Assembly (NCBI GenBank): GCA_047495785.1
Contig: JBLDXI010000002.1
Span: forward strand, 1,426,001-1,490,000
Direction: 5' to 3'
DNA from: Lepidodermella squamata
Lineage: Eukaryota > Animalia > Gastrotricha
Length of the DNA stretch: 64,000 nucleotides
Part shown: one piece after another, positions 12,791 to 25,663 of the stretch
Position numbering within the stretch: position 1 is the stretch's first letter
Layout: each line of letters opens with the position of its first letter
The notes under the pieces: model-generated
What the model was told of the DNA's origin: nothing
Databases searched by the model: none
The model's input: only the letters and a program-made list of their open reading frames with translations
Program-made: the position numbers and the translations under genes

Positions 12791-13979
12791 ATATATAACG
12801 CCTTTTAACGGAGCCAATACTTGCCGTTGAGAGTTTCGGTCCCACTTCTATCCGTGATTTTAAATTCGTAAAAATGCGGGTTTCCGAAGTAAAAATGAAG
12901 CCATGCCAGAAAATTGTTTAACAGTTTGAACTTTCCATCAAAAATGTGCCAAAATTGGTAGTGAGCCATGATTGAGCTCTTGTAGTATTCCAAAATTCAA
13001 TAATATCCAAGTTTCCAACTAATATTATTTTAAAATATTTCAAAAATAAGACCATTTTAAAATACTTTTTTCACTCAACTTTCTGTAACTTCATTAAACC
13101 AAGCAAATTTGTGAACTTCTGAAATTGAGCGAAAAATCGGAAATAAACTTGCCACTCACCAATACGAAAATATTGAATTTCTCTCCCATTTTTGGCTCAA
13201 CAAACTTCAAGTCAATTATTGATATTTTCTAATTATTTCAGGGTATATTCCTACTTCATATCCTCTCTTTCCCTAGAAATCTGATCCTTTTTCATCGCGT
13301 CTTGCTTTGCCGTTATCAATCCTAGGATTGGTTCTCAGCTTTCGGAAAAAAAGAGGCCCAGCTTCAACAAATGACGAGAAGCATTTATTCGAACTTGCAA
13401 GTTTAGAACAACGAACAACATTAAATGGAGAAAAATTCAAGGAATGCATAACACCATTGGCAAATTGACAGACAAGAAAAAATTATAATGGCAGCGATAT
13501 GCTATTTGAGTCCAAAGGTAAATTTTTGTATAATGAAGTAGAGAGATCGCAGCCAACATCTCAGAAATGTTATTATTTCCAGTAATTTAACGACTAATTT
13601 ACGCACCAATATAATGTGTATTATATACTGTAGATTTTACGCTATGCGCTCGAAAAAAATAAGACTGACAAGAAATAAATGCGATGATTATGTTTCTCCA
13701 ATAAATCAAGCATGCACTGCCAAGTTCGAGTAAACACCTTTTCAAGGTTTTAATAGTCTAGGTGAGATAAACTATATAATTATCGAATCACATTTTCAGT
13801 ACAACGCCACAGAAAAAAATCATACAATATAACAATAGTACAGAGTCACACCGAAATAATTTGTTTCAATCACTCATTTTATTTATTTATTTATTAGTAG
13901 TAAAAACGATAATTTCAGTCTTTTATTTGATCACACTGTGTATTAAGTATAGGCGATGTACCTAATGGCAATTGTTCGA

Positions 13980-16031
13980 TCAACTGCGTTTCAGACCAAA
14001 CTTTTCCGGCTGCAGGAATTCGTCGATTATCGCGTGTACGACGCTGCTCAACAACTTCTCAACCTCGCCGGCTTTTTGTCCCGGCTTTCCGGGCAACTCC
14101 GTGTAGTATTTAATCTTCGGCTCAGTTCCGCTAGTGCGCAGCGTCGCCGACGTCCCATTCGCAAATGTAAACGTAATCATCTGAGTTGACGAACTAACAG
14201 GCAATAGCGGCGTTTTGTTCGGCATAAAACTATCGTAGCCGATCGTTAAATCACGAACTCCAACAATTTCATAAGAACCGCATTTTTCAGGGTAGCTCGG
14301 CTCCGGATTCGGCGACTTGTCCCCCTTAAAATTCCTCAAGCGGTCGAAAACCGCGCGAATCGTGTCCGGGTCGTAGCAGAGAAAATACGAGTTGATGCTA
14401 TGGTGATAGCCGTATTTCTCGAAAAGAGACTCCAGCATCCCAGATAACGACCCGTATTTAGCGTAGGCGTATGTAATCATCTGCCCGCCGACGGCTAAGG
14501 CAGAAATACCGTCCTTATCCAAGACCTTACTGCCACACATGAAACCGATGGCCTCTTCAAACGCGAAAATAATCGTGTTATCTTTCGACTGTTTCATCAA
14601 CTCATCGGCGCGGTTTCCCATCCACTTGAACCCGGTCAGCGTTTCCTCCACCTTAAAACCTTCAACCTTGCCAATCGACTGCAGCATTTTCGATGAAACA
14701 GTCGAGTGAAGCATGTAAGCATTTGCTGGGTTGAAGTTGGGATTGCGGGTTTTGAAGGTAAACCAGCACCAATAGCCGAGAAGCGTGCCCAGCTGGTTGC
14801 CGGTGAAGATACGCCACTTCCCAGTATCGGCTTGCTTTTCGGCAACAGCGAAACGATCGGCATCGGGATCGTTCGCGACAACTATAGTTGCACCATGTTC
14901 ATCCGCGGTTTTAAACGATAGTTGCTATACAAAATTTGAGTTAAAAGTGTTTAGATCAGAAAATTCAGAATTATTACCAGGGTATCAGGGCCCTCTTCCG
15001 GATTCGGATATTTGACGGTCGGAAAATCGCCGTCCGGTTGGGCCTGCTCTGGAACCGCGATGAAAGGCGGCAATCCGAACGCTTTGAATGAGGCCTCAGC
15101 GTAGGGCAAACCGACTCCGTGAACAGGGGTGTAAACGAATTTCGGAGCTTTATCAGCTGGCAATCCATTCATCAGTCTAATTAATAAAAAAATCATACAA
15201 TTTCGAGTTGGAATGTTGAAAAACGTACTCTCCAGCATTCAAACATTGCATATCTTCGTAGTAGGTCCTCATAACTTCGGGCAAGGGGTCGTGCAACAGC
15301 GGGGAATCATCCAGCTGCGACAAATCCCATGACCCTTCCCATGGCTCGAGATTTTGTTCAATTGCATCCGCAATTCCACGATCAACCGGCGACTTGATCT
15401 GAGCACCATTCGACCAATAGACCTTATAACCGTTGTCCCACTTTGGATTGTGAGAAGCTAAGAAACAATAGTAATTATAAAATTATACATAAATTATGAG
15501 AAATTAATTACCGGTCACCATGATGCCACAAACACAGCCCTTCTTCAGCAACGTATATGGCTGAAAAATCAACAATTTTATCGATTTTTTAATTCAAATT
15601 TAATTTTGTTCACTCACAACAAACGGCGTCGGGTTGACTCGCGTAAATAAGTAAACAGGAATGTTTTGGCGAATCAAAATGTTAGCAACAATGCGAGCCC
15701 ATTTGGCACTGTTGTGTCGGCCGTCGAATCCGACAACAACGCCCTTTGATGTCGCCTCCGGGTGGCATTTTAGCAGATGCTTGACGAGCCCTTGCGTTGT
15801 TTGGATGATCACCAAGTCGTTCATGTAGCCGAAGCCGGCTTTCATTGCCCCGCGAAGACCAGCAGTGCCGAACTCCATGCGGCAACAAAGGCGATGGTGT
15901 AATTCTTCGAGATTTTTAGCTCGCGACAACTCTTCGATTTCCTCCTTTGTAGCGGTGTTTTGGTCCCATTTTTGCCATTGGGAGACAGACGACGAGCACT
16001 CGCTACCTCCTGCAGCGTGTTTTTTCGACAT
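13980..16031 (-). CDS. PGM2: Phosphoglucomutase-2 / phosphopentomutase (5 exons)
   Basis: RMEFGTAGLRG, GFDGRHNS, spliced GIMVT|ASHNP, YTPVHGVG, PNPEEG, ANDPDADR, TLTGFKWMGN, FAFEEAIG, RTSGTEPKIKYY. Confidence 0.96.
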
Positions 16032-16311
16032 GTTTCAAAATATTTCACGACAAAAATAATCACTAAATAATAATAAAATTCAATTATGTCAGTGATTTTT
16101 ACTAATGCACTTCAACAAAAATTGCACATTCATTTCACGACCAGCAGGCAACGCAAGAGCATGCATAATTGAGGTGAGATCAAATAATGGCTAGCGAGAT
16201 TCTGTCGGAATGGCTTCACGGTTACTGCATATCACAGAGAGAAGTAAAATAACACACAGAAAATATGATAAAAGCCTTAAACATCACAGATATATCACCA
16301 TATTATCGCGT

Positions 16312-17637
16312 TCAACTTTGCGCCAGGAAAGCATCGAAGTAAGAGTTTATTGCCTCCATATTGCAGACAATGTCTTGTTCCAGGGTCTCAGATTTTGATG
16401 TTTGCACTTGTTTGATTTGAGATTTAATCGCATCTTTCATTTCACGCTTTTGACTATCGCTCAACAACGAACAGTTAGCCACCAACACAGATACATGGCC
16501 AAGAAAATGAGCAAAAGTTGCTTGTAAATTCGGAGTTTTTGTTCCGGTGGGAATAAAAATTCTAGCAACTTCTGCGTCAGCGGAGTTGATAGAAGCTGAC
16601 TTCTGGTAAGCCGTGATTTCTAGCATTATTTGCTTGCGAGCCCCCACAGTGAGAAAGGGTAGTTGACGTAAATCTTCTTCCGTAGATCGCATTAAGACTT
16701 CGTAGGTAATTTGACCAGATGCAAAATCTTTCCCGTAGTGTTCCAAGTTCAACTTCGTTAACAATTTGGCCAACTCGGCATCAACAATGTTTGCTAGACC
16801 GTTAGATGGTGTTGGCTTTTGGCCGGCCGCCGAATTAGGAGAAGCAGGAACATGTAACTGAGGTGGAGGTCTCATAGTTTTTGATTGTGCACGGTGAAGC
16901 AAATTAACAACTTGAGCGTGACCACGAAACGAAGCAACATCGATGGGCAGAGCGCCATCGCGAGTCTTCAAAGTAATATCAGCTCCATGTCTCAACAGAA
17001 TTCGAACGATATCGTCATGACCACACTCTGCAGCTAGTATTAATGGTGTAGCGAGCCTACTTTTCTCCGCTATATTAGGATCTGCCCCATTTTTCAACAG
17101 CAACTCTGCGGTAGAAGGATGACCGTAATTTATGGCGTAAAATAGTGCTGTCCAGCCGCGGCTGTCAACAGAGTTTGCACGGCAATCTGGTAACGCTAAC
17201 AAAGCAGATACGCATTCATCATGGCCATTCGCCGCTGCAAGCATAAGAGCTGTCTGCTGTCGACCAGAATTATTTGGTGCAGCTTTTTCAGCATAAAAAG
17301 AGCACGAAACTCGACGACGCCCTAAATATTGGACGGTTGAAGTGTGTCCAAGGCAGGCAGCATACATTAGAGGGGTCCATGCTGACCGGTTCGGCGAGTC
17401 CAAGTCTCCCGCAGTAAACCTTGTCAAATGCTCGATATGACCCAGGCTGGCAGCTGTAAAATAATATGATTTGTTATGAAACAAACGAATAAGCTGCAAA
17501 ACAAATCACTTACCAGTGCAAGCATCTAGCGGAACAAACTCGACTTCATCATGGGCCAGCAACTCAGAGAAGAATTTATCTTCTTCCTGCTGAGGGTTCA
17601 AAATCGGCGTTACTTTTGGTGAAACTGAAGTCGCCAT
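16312..17637 (-). CDS. ANKS3: Ankyrin repeat and SAM domain protein, copy 1 (exons 17637-17514 and 17453-16312)
   Basis: Spliced VPLDACT|AASLG, WTPLMYAA, QTALMLAA, GWTALFYA, TPLILAA ankyrin repeats followed by a SAM domain (LNLEHY..TEEDLRQL..VGARKQI); order and motifs match ANKS3. Confidence 0.85.
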
Positions 17638-18103
17638 TTCCTGCAATATCGCAATATGCAATTGAACAGCTGCTGAAACCGACGTGGATTACAACGAAAA
17701 ACTAGCAGTCCACGTAAAACTTCCAAGTTCCAAGCTTGGAAAAACAGCTGGAGAAGGAACAAAAAACTCTGCCGAACATTTCGGATTTTGCAAAAATTAT
17801 GTGAAGGATTTTTTAAAAAACATGATAATATGTATACTGAATAAAAATGTAATATAACTCACTATTGATCGGCGATATCAAATGTTTGCAAATAAAATAA
17901 AAATGTTGTGTAATCTTTGGCGCCTTTTGGCGCGGTAAACGTTACACCGTAAGCAAGCCAGCCGCACTCTCACGACCTCTTGGCGGTGGGGCTGGATGTG
18001 GTCTGCTGTTATTGTCCCCGTGAGCTGGTGATAATGGGGCCATATAAACACGGACTGATGCAACATGCTTTTTAAGCTTAGGTGATTATGAGAAATTAAT
18101 TAC

Positions 18104-18623
18104 CGGTCACCATGATGCCACAAACACAGCCCTTCTTCAGCAACGTATATGGCTGAAAAATCAACAATTTTATCGATTTTTTAATTCAAATTTAATTTTG
18201 TTCACTCACAACAAACGGCGTCGGGTTGACTCGCGTAAATAAGTAAACAGGAATGTTTTGGCGAATCAAAATGTTAGCAACAATGCGAGCCCATTTGGCA
18301 CTGTTGTGTCGGCCGTCGAATCCGACAACAACGCCCTTTGATGTCGCCTCCGGGTGGCATTTTAGCAGATGCTTGACGAGCCCTTGCGTTGTTTGGATGA
18401 TCACCAAGTCGTTCATGTAGCCGAAGCCGGCTTTCATTGCCCCGCGAAGACCAGCAGTGCCGAACTCCATGCGGCAACAAAGGCGATGGTGTAATTCTTC
18501 GAGATTTTTAGCTCGCGACAACTCTTCGATTTCCTCCTTTGTAGCGGTGTTTTGGTCCCATTTTTGCCATTGGGAGACAGACGACGAGCACTCGCTACCT
18601 CCTGCAGCGTGTTTTTTCGACAT
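18104..18623 (-). pseudogene. PGM2: Truncated duplicate of PGM2 (exons 1-2 only)
   Basis: Identical to 15512-16031 but the copy ends in intron 2 at the duplication junction, before the catalytic SHNP exon. Confidence 0.85.
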
Positions 18624-18903
18624 GTTTCAAAATATTTCACGACAAAAATAATCACTAAATAATAATAAAATTCAATTATGTCAGTGATTTTTACTAATGC
18701 ACTTCAACAAAAATTGCACATTCATTTCACGACCAGCAGGCAACGCAAGAGCATGCATAATTGAGGTGAGATCAAATAATGGCTAGCGAGATTCTGTCGG
18801 AATGGCTTCACGGTTACTGCATATCACAGAGAGAAGTAAAATAACACACAGAAAATATGATAAAAGCCTTAAACATCACAGATATATCACCATATTATCG
18901 CGT

Positions 18904-20229
18904 TCAACTTTGCGCCAGGAAAGCATCGAAGTAAGAGTTTATTGCCTCCATATTGCAGACAATGTCTTGTTCCAGGGTCTCAGATTTTGATGTTTGCACT
19001 TGTTTGATTTGAGATTTAATCGCATCTTTCATTTCACGCTTTTGACTATCGCTCAACAACGAACAGTTAGCCACCAACACAGATACATGGCCAAGAAAAT
19101 GAGCAAAAGTTGCTTGTAAATTCGGAGTTTTTGTTCCGGTGGGAATAAAAATTCTAGCAACTTCTGCGTCAGCGGAGTTGGTAGAAGCTGACTTCTGGTA
19201 AGCCGTGATTTCTAGCATTATTTGCTTGCGAGCCCCCACAGTGAGAAAGGGTAGTTGACGTAAATCTTCTTCCGTAGATCGCATTAAGACTTCGTAGGTA
19301 ATTTGACCAGATGCAAAATCTTTCCCGTAGTGTTCCAAGTTCAACTTCGTTAACAATTTGGCCAACTCGGCATCAACAATGTTTGCTAGACCGTTAGATG
19401 GTGTTGGCTTTTGGCCGGCCGCCGAATTAGGAGAAGCAGGAACATGTAACTGAGGTGGAGGTCTCATAGTTTTTGATTGTGCACGGTGAAGCAAATTAAC
19501 AACTTGAGCGTGACCACGAAACGAAGCAACATCGATGGGCAGAGCGCCATCGCGAGTCTTCAAAGTAATATCAGCTCCATGTCTCAACAGAATTCGAACG
19601 ATATCGTCATGACCACACTCTGCAGCTAGTATTAATGGTGTAGCGAGCCTACTTTTCTCCGCTATATTAGGATCTGCCCCATTTTTCAACAGCAACTCTG
19701 CGGTAGAAGGATGACCGTAATTTATGGCGTAAAATAGTGCTGTCCAGCCGCGGCTGTCAACAGAGTTTGCACGGCAATCTGGTAACGCTAACAAAGCAGA
19801 TACGCATTCATCATGGCCATTCGCCGCTGCAAGCATAAGAGCTGTCTGCTGTCGACCAGAATTATTTGGTGCAGCTTTTTCAGCATAAAAAGAGCACGAA
19901 ACTCGACGACGCCCTAAATATTGGACGGTTGAAGTGTGTCCAAGGCAGGCAGCATACATTAGAGGGGTCCATGCTGACCGGTTCGGCGAGTCCAAGTCTC
20001 CCGCAGTAAACCTTGTCAAATGCTCGATATGACCCAGGCTGGCAGCTGTAAAATAATATGATTTGTTATGAAACAAACGAATAAGCTGCAAAACAAATCA
20101 CTTACCAGTGCAAGCATCTAGCGGAACAAACTCGACTTCATCATGGGCCAGCAACTCAGAGAAGAATTTATCTTCTTCCTGCTGAGGGTTCAAAATCGGC
20201 GTTACTTTTGGTGAAACTGAAGTCGCCAT
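18904..20229 (-). CDS. ANKS3: Ankyrin repeat and SAM domain protein, copy 2
   Basis: Same translation as copy 1 except SASINS to SASTNS. Confidence 0.83.
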
Positions 20230-20634
20230 TTCCTGCAATATCGCAATATGCAATTGAACAGCTGCTGAAACCGACGTGGATTACAACGAAAAACTAGCAG
20301 TCCACGTAAAACTTCCAAGTTCCAAGCTTGGAAAAACAGCTGGAGAAGGAACAAAAAACTCTGCCGAACATTTCGGATTTTGCAAAAATTATGTGAAGGA
20401 TTTTTTAAAAAACATGATAATATGTATACTGAATAAAAATGTAATATAACTCACTATTGATCGGCGATATCAAATGTTTGCAAATAAAATAAAAATGTTG
20501 TGTAATCTTTGGCGCCTTTTGGCGCGGTAAACGTTACACCGTAAGCAAGCCAGCCGCACTCTCACGACCTCTTGGCGGTGGGGCTGGATGTGGTCTGCTG
20601 TTATTGTCCCCGTGAGCTGGTGATAATGGGGCCA

Positions 20635-20640
20635 TATAAA
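20635..20640 (+). promoter_or_regulatory. Candidate TATA box of FAXDC2a in the divergent ANKS3/FAXDC2 interval (duplicated at 18043-18048)
   Basis: TATAAA after a GC-richer stretch, about 220 bp upstream of the FAXDC2a ATG with a plausible 5' UTR intron (20716-20842) between. Confidence 0.4.
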
Positions 20641-20859
20641 CACGGACTGATGCAACATGCTTTTTAAGCTTAGGTGACCGCATAGTTTTGGGGTATTTTG
20701 TTATCTTGATCTGTACGTGATGCGTGGTAGCACTCTACTGAATCATTTCAGTCCTGAGAACTAATAGCGACTGTGAGAACGCTCTGCCTTGACCATAGTC
20801 TATCATTGTCAGATTTTTATAAAATATATTTATTAATCATAGGGATTGAAGCGCCCATC

Positions 20860-22154
20860 ATGTTCAACTTGAAACTGCCGTTTTTCGGTGGATCAAGGAC
20901 GTACCTTGACACCATAAAAACGACGCTGTTCGTTGGTATTACCGCCCTCGTCATGATTGCAGCTGCTCGCAACACATTGACATGGTGAGCTAAATTGAAT
21001 AGCATTGGTGCAATATTATTTCGTCTTTTTAGGCATCTGCAGCAATTTTGGGGCGCGTCTGCTGATTTTTGGGAGGCACTGTGGGGGAAGTTTTGTGACT
21101 TCTTCGGAAATGACGAACAGACCATTGCAGTCGTGGGAACTGTAGTTGTTACAACAGTATTTTTCTGGACAATCAACGCCTTCTTTATTGCGGTTGACTT
21201 GCTAAAATGGCCGGCTTTTGTTTTGCGTTACAAAATTCAGCCAAACGAAACGGTGAGGTCACGTTTAATTAAGCTGCAGAAGTATCAATATCGTTATTTT
21301 TCGCAGTTTACCATGGCTGAATTTTGGAAAGCTGTCCGAGTCGCCTTGTTTAATCAAATAATTATGGCCGCCCCGCTGATGTATGTCGTCTATCCTATCA
21401 TGAAATGGCGGGGTTGTCCGTTTGGCGCCGAGCTGCCAACCTTCCACTATGTTTTGGGTGAATTCATCATTTTCGCTTTGGTGGAAGAAATCGGATTCTA
21501 TTACACACATAGGTAAGTTGTGAACTATTGACTGACATTACTAAAAACGTGGACTTTCAACTATTAGGCTGGCCCATACCAAGTACTTCTACAAGTACAT
21601 CCACAAGAAGCATCACGAATGGACGGCTCCTATCGGAATTGTTTGCATCTACGCTCATCCTATTGAGCATTTGATCAGCAACACCGCTCCTATTGTTGCA
21701 GGCCCTCTGCTAACGGGCGCTCATTTGGGTTAGTCGATAATGCAAAATTGGTTTTTTTTTCATAAATATTTATTTTTCAACCAGGAACCATGTGGCTGTG
21801 GTTTGCGATTGCCCTTGCCTCAACGACAATCTCTCATAGTGGATATCATCTGCCGTTCCTCCCTTCTCCCGAAGCCCATGATTTCCATCATCTGAAGTTT
21901 GTTTTAATTGGTTGCGTTGTTAATTATGTAATTTACGCGTTGTTAATAGATTCATCAATTGCTTCGGTGTCCTTGGAATTTTGGACAGACTCCACAACAC
22001 CGACCATATTTTCCGCATCTCGAAGCAGTATCAGAGGCATTTCCTCTTCTTCTCGTTGACCCCTCCCCGAGTCATGATCCCCGACGAGACAAAAACCAAA
22101 GTGGCAGTTGCTGCAAGTGAAAACGAAGAAGCTGAAGCTAAAAAAGTTGAATAA
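20860..22154 (+). CDS. FAXDC2: Fatty acid hydroxylase domain-containing protein 2, paralogue a (6 exons)
   Basis: AARNTLTW|[25 protein letters not shown]|[34 protein letters not shown]; three His boxes intact. Confidence 0.93.
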
Positions 22155-22708
22155 CCGGTGACTCATCATAAGATAAATTGACGTGATTTGAAATCATAAT
22201 ATATCCACGTTGTATCTTCGAAAATTCATGACTATTCCTTTATTACTGTAGACAAACATTTTTCTATCTCCTGACACCCGGTCATTAAGCTAAACAAATC
22301 GACTTTATTTTTGTTTTACGTTGTATCAACTGAACATCGTCGTTAAATATTCTTTAGTTTTTATGGTACTACTCACTCTTGGGTGCGGTCGAAGCTAACA
22401 ATCTTCGTACAGATATTCGATCTTTAAAAGTCCGGACACCTCGTTACATGTTTGTTCTGGTGATGCAAATTGTAGTAGGAAACGCTTTGGTAGTGATAAA
22501 TGACGGTGTCAAGCCAAGTAAAGTGTGTTTGATGGTGATATTCGTGTTGCTAACCCCAGAAAAACCCACACGAACGCATTGAAAACCCACATACACGCAC
22601 ACCAGCAGCGATTATGAGTGCTTGACTCGGCTTATCACGTGCATTTTTTCATGCTATTCGCTAACACGAAACACACCCTTTACATAAATTAGGCGTGTTA
22701 AATAAAAA

Positions 22709-23928
22709 ATGATTCGCATCAAGATACCGTTTCTCGAGCGATCGAGCGGATCAAGGACGTACTTCGATGTTGCCAAACAGTTCGTTCTCATCGGTGGTAC
22801 AGTTTTATTTCTTATCGCAGCTGCCCGTAATACGTTGACATGGTAAAAAAAATAGAAAAATTAGCCAGCAAGACATATAAATTCATCGTTTTAGGCACTT
22901 GCAAGCATTCTGGGGAGCTTCAGGAGACTTCTGGGAAGCTCTTTGGGGTAAAATATGCGACTTGTGCGGAAACGACCCATTCATTCTAGCAGTTGTGGGT
23001 ATGTTATCAAACAAGTTTTCCAGTTGATTTTTAATTAAATTTTCATTAGCGACTTTGACCTTCTTCACTTCAATTTTCTGGATTTTGAATTTGGCTTTCA
23101 TCTTCGTGGATTTTTTCGAAAAGCCAAATTTCATCTATCGCTACAAAATTCAACCAAGTCAATCTTTCACGTGGGACGAGTTCAAACACGCGTCAAAGGT
23201 TGTGCTATTCAACCAAGTTGTTGTTGGCTTTCCGTTGTTTTGCCTCAATCACGCGGTTATGACATGGCTCGGTTGCAGTTACGACCGCAAAGATTTGCCC
23301 ACCTTTCAATATGTGCTCATGGAAATTGCAGTTTTCGGCATCATTGAAGAAATCGGTTTCTACTACACCCATCGCCTTGTCCACACGCCGCTGCTGTACA
23401 AACACATTCATAAACAGCACCACGAATGGACGGCACCCATCGGAATTGTCTCGCTGTATTGTCACCCGGTTGAATACGCCGTTTCAAATCTGCTGCCCGT
23501 GGCTATTGGCCCCTGGCTGATGCGATCGCATCTCGCCACGTTTTGGCTCTGGACTTCATTGGCCTTATTTGCCACTACGATTTCGCATTGCGGCTACCAT
23601 TTGCCGTTCCTGCCCTCCCCTGAGATGCACGATTTTCACCATCTCAAGTGAGCTTTTTCACAATTCAATCGATTTTTCTATAAGTATTGCATTTTCCGTC
23701 TCAGATTCACCAACTGCTTTGGGGTACTGGGAATACTCGATCGTCTGCATGGTGAATATTGCCTTTTTAATTATTTTCGCAGACTTATTGTATCATATTT
23801 TTCTAGGAACTGACAATAATTTTGTCAAGTCAAAGCAGTACGAGCGTCATTTCATCTATTTCGGCTTGGAGCCGCCGCGTCAACTCGTCCCAGACGAGAC
23901 AAAACCTGCTGCTAAAAAGGCGAATTAA
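22709..23928 (+). CDS. FAXDC2: Fatty acid hydroxylase domain-containing protein 2, paralogue b (5 exons)
   Basis: AARNTLTW|[53 protein letters not shown]. Confidence 0.93.
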
Positions 23929-25663
23929 AGCAACTTTTCCGCTAAAACTGAAACCTTATTATTATTAAGCTGTTGACGGTCTTCTGAAGCTTGCTCCGAT
24001 ATTGAACGTGTATTCCAACTTTTTATATCTCGTTTTGTTTAACCGGTTTTTCCTATTACACCGCACTTTTTCTGTTGAATTGCACCTGCGGCGTGAAATT
24101 GCTAATATTATTCTGGATGACGACAGTATGATTCCCGACATTTTGCGATTTGACCACACAAGCCGTATTTTTCTTACGAAATTTTGAAACTATCTATTTC
24201 TTAATTTCAATAAAAAATGCAATACTTAACTTATGTTCGTTAATTTGTGCAGCTGCGACCCTGGAAAACCACTGAATCAATAGGCGTAAGCTCATGAGTA
24301 AACTGACTCCCGTCTGCATCATCAAATATCAAGTGTCAAATCGATCGAAAAAGACCGCGGAATTGTTTTTTCGTTCAGCGAAATGCTTTTATTATCATTT
24401 CTTTGATCTCCACTTAAATTTCAGTTAATTTTTCTATGAAGATATCATATCCAAGATTTTGGTAATCCATCCATCCACCATAATAATAAGAATAATTAAT
24501 AATTATTACGGAGAAATATATAGAGATGATGATAGAGACAGAAAACATGAGAGTATGGCGCCAAAAACGCGAAAGCAAACACTAAACTGCTGACGAATAA
24601 CGATAATTTTAATGCATCATTTAAAGATAGAATTTATTTTACATGAGGGTTGTGACGTGAAGATTGGAAATAAAAAGAAAGGAAAGCTGATGGCGCTCGG
24701 AATTGTCACATTTTATCGGTATAATAATATAATCATAAATTCGGATAATATAATTCAAAAAATTTACGTACAGAAGAAAGGTGGAAGTCGTGAATAGGAC
24801 TATCGAATCTTATTTTCAAGTATGATAATTGTCTTTTTTTATTACCGAAATAACGAAGAAGCAAAATTTCGTCAAAGTCATCGCGTAGGTAATCATCAAA
24901 TTTCATCGTCGTCTTAAATTACAAAAAATTCAGCATATAACAGCTAAAATAATCAATCGCATTCAGCCGTTCCAGTTGTTCAAGCGGCTAAAAATTCAAC
25001 AAGCTCTACTAATAAAATTTGCGAAATATAATGAAAAATATCACGCCTAAGCTTGCCCTCCTCAAGAACCCTATAAATATCCTCACTTTTTAGTAATAAT
25101 GATATTAATAGCATATAAGATTCATGAGTAATAACAATAGCAACTATTTTGTTGAATATAAACAGGACATAAAGACAGGAAACTGAAAGAATGTGTGTGG
25201 TTTCGTGTTCAAAAAAGTCACATTTCAATAAACGTAGACTATACTGTACAATTCAAACGAACAAGCGTAATAGAAAAGGTATTGAATAGTGTGATGTGAC
25301 GTACATGGCGAATTTTTCCAACTAGAAATCAAATCATTTGAATTCATTTTTATTAAACAGCCGTTTTATTAAATAGTGATATTATTGTGATTAATGATAC
25401 CTCGCAAACTGAAGAAAGAAGTCGGAAGCGAAAAAAATCGCGCGTTTTTGTGAACTTCAAACCACCTTAATAATATTTACAGCCACCACCTTCAACGGCG
25501 CGCGTGAGCCATGTGAAATGCAGGCTTTCAACGAAAAACAGAAAGAAGATTATTGACAGCGAGAGAGAGATGGGAGAAAAAATGAATAATACAAAACAAA
25601 TTATAATGGATCAAATAATTATTGTTCTATCTAGCGATACGTAATTTTGCTGGTCATCTCATC

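Larger units (their letters stand above)
15493..20677. repeat. Near-identical 2,592-bp tandem duplication (15493-18084 and 18085-20676)
   Basis: All ORFs recur at +2592; junction ...cttaggtg|attatgag at 18084/18085; one substitution seen (16589 A vs 19181 G). Confidence 0.97.
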
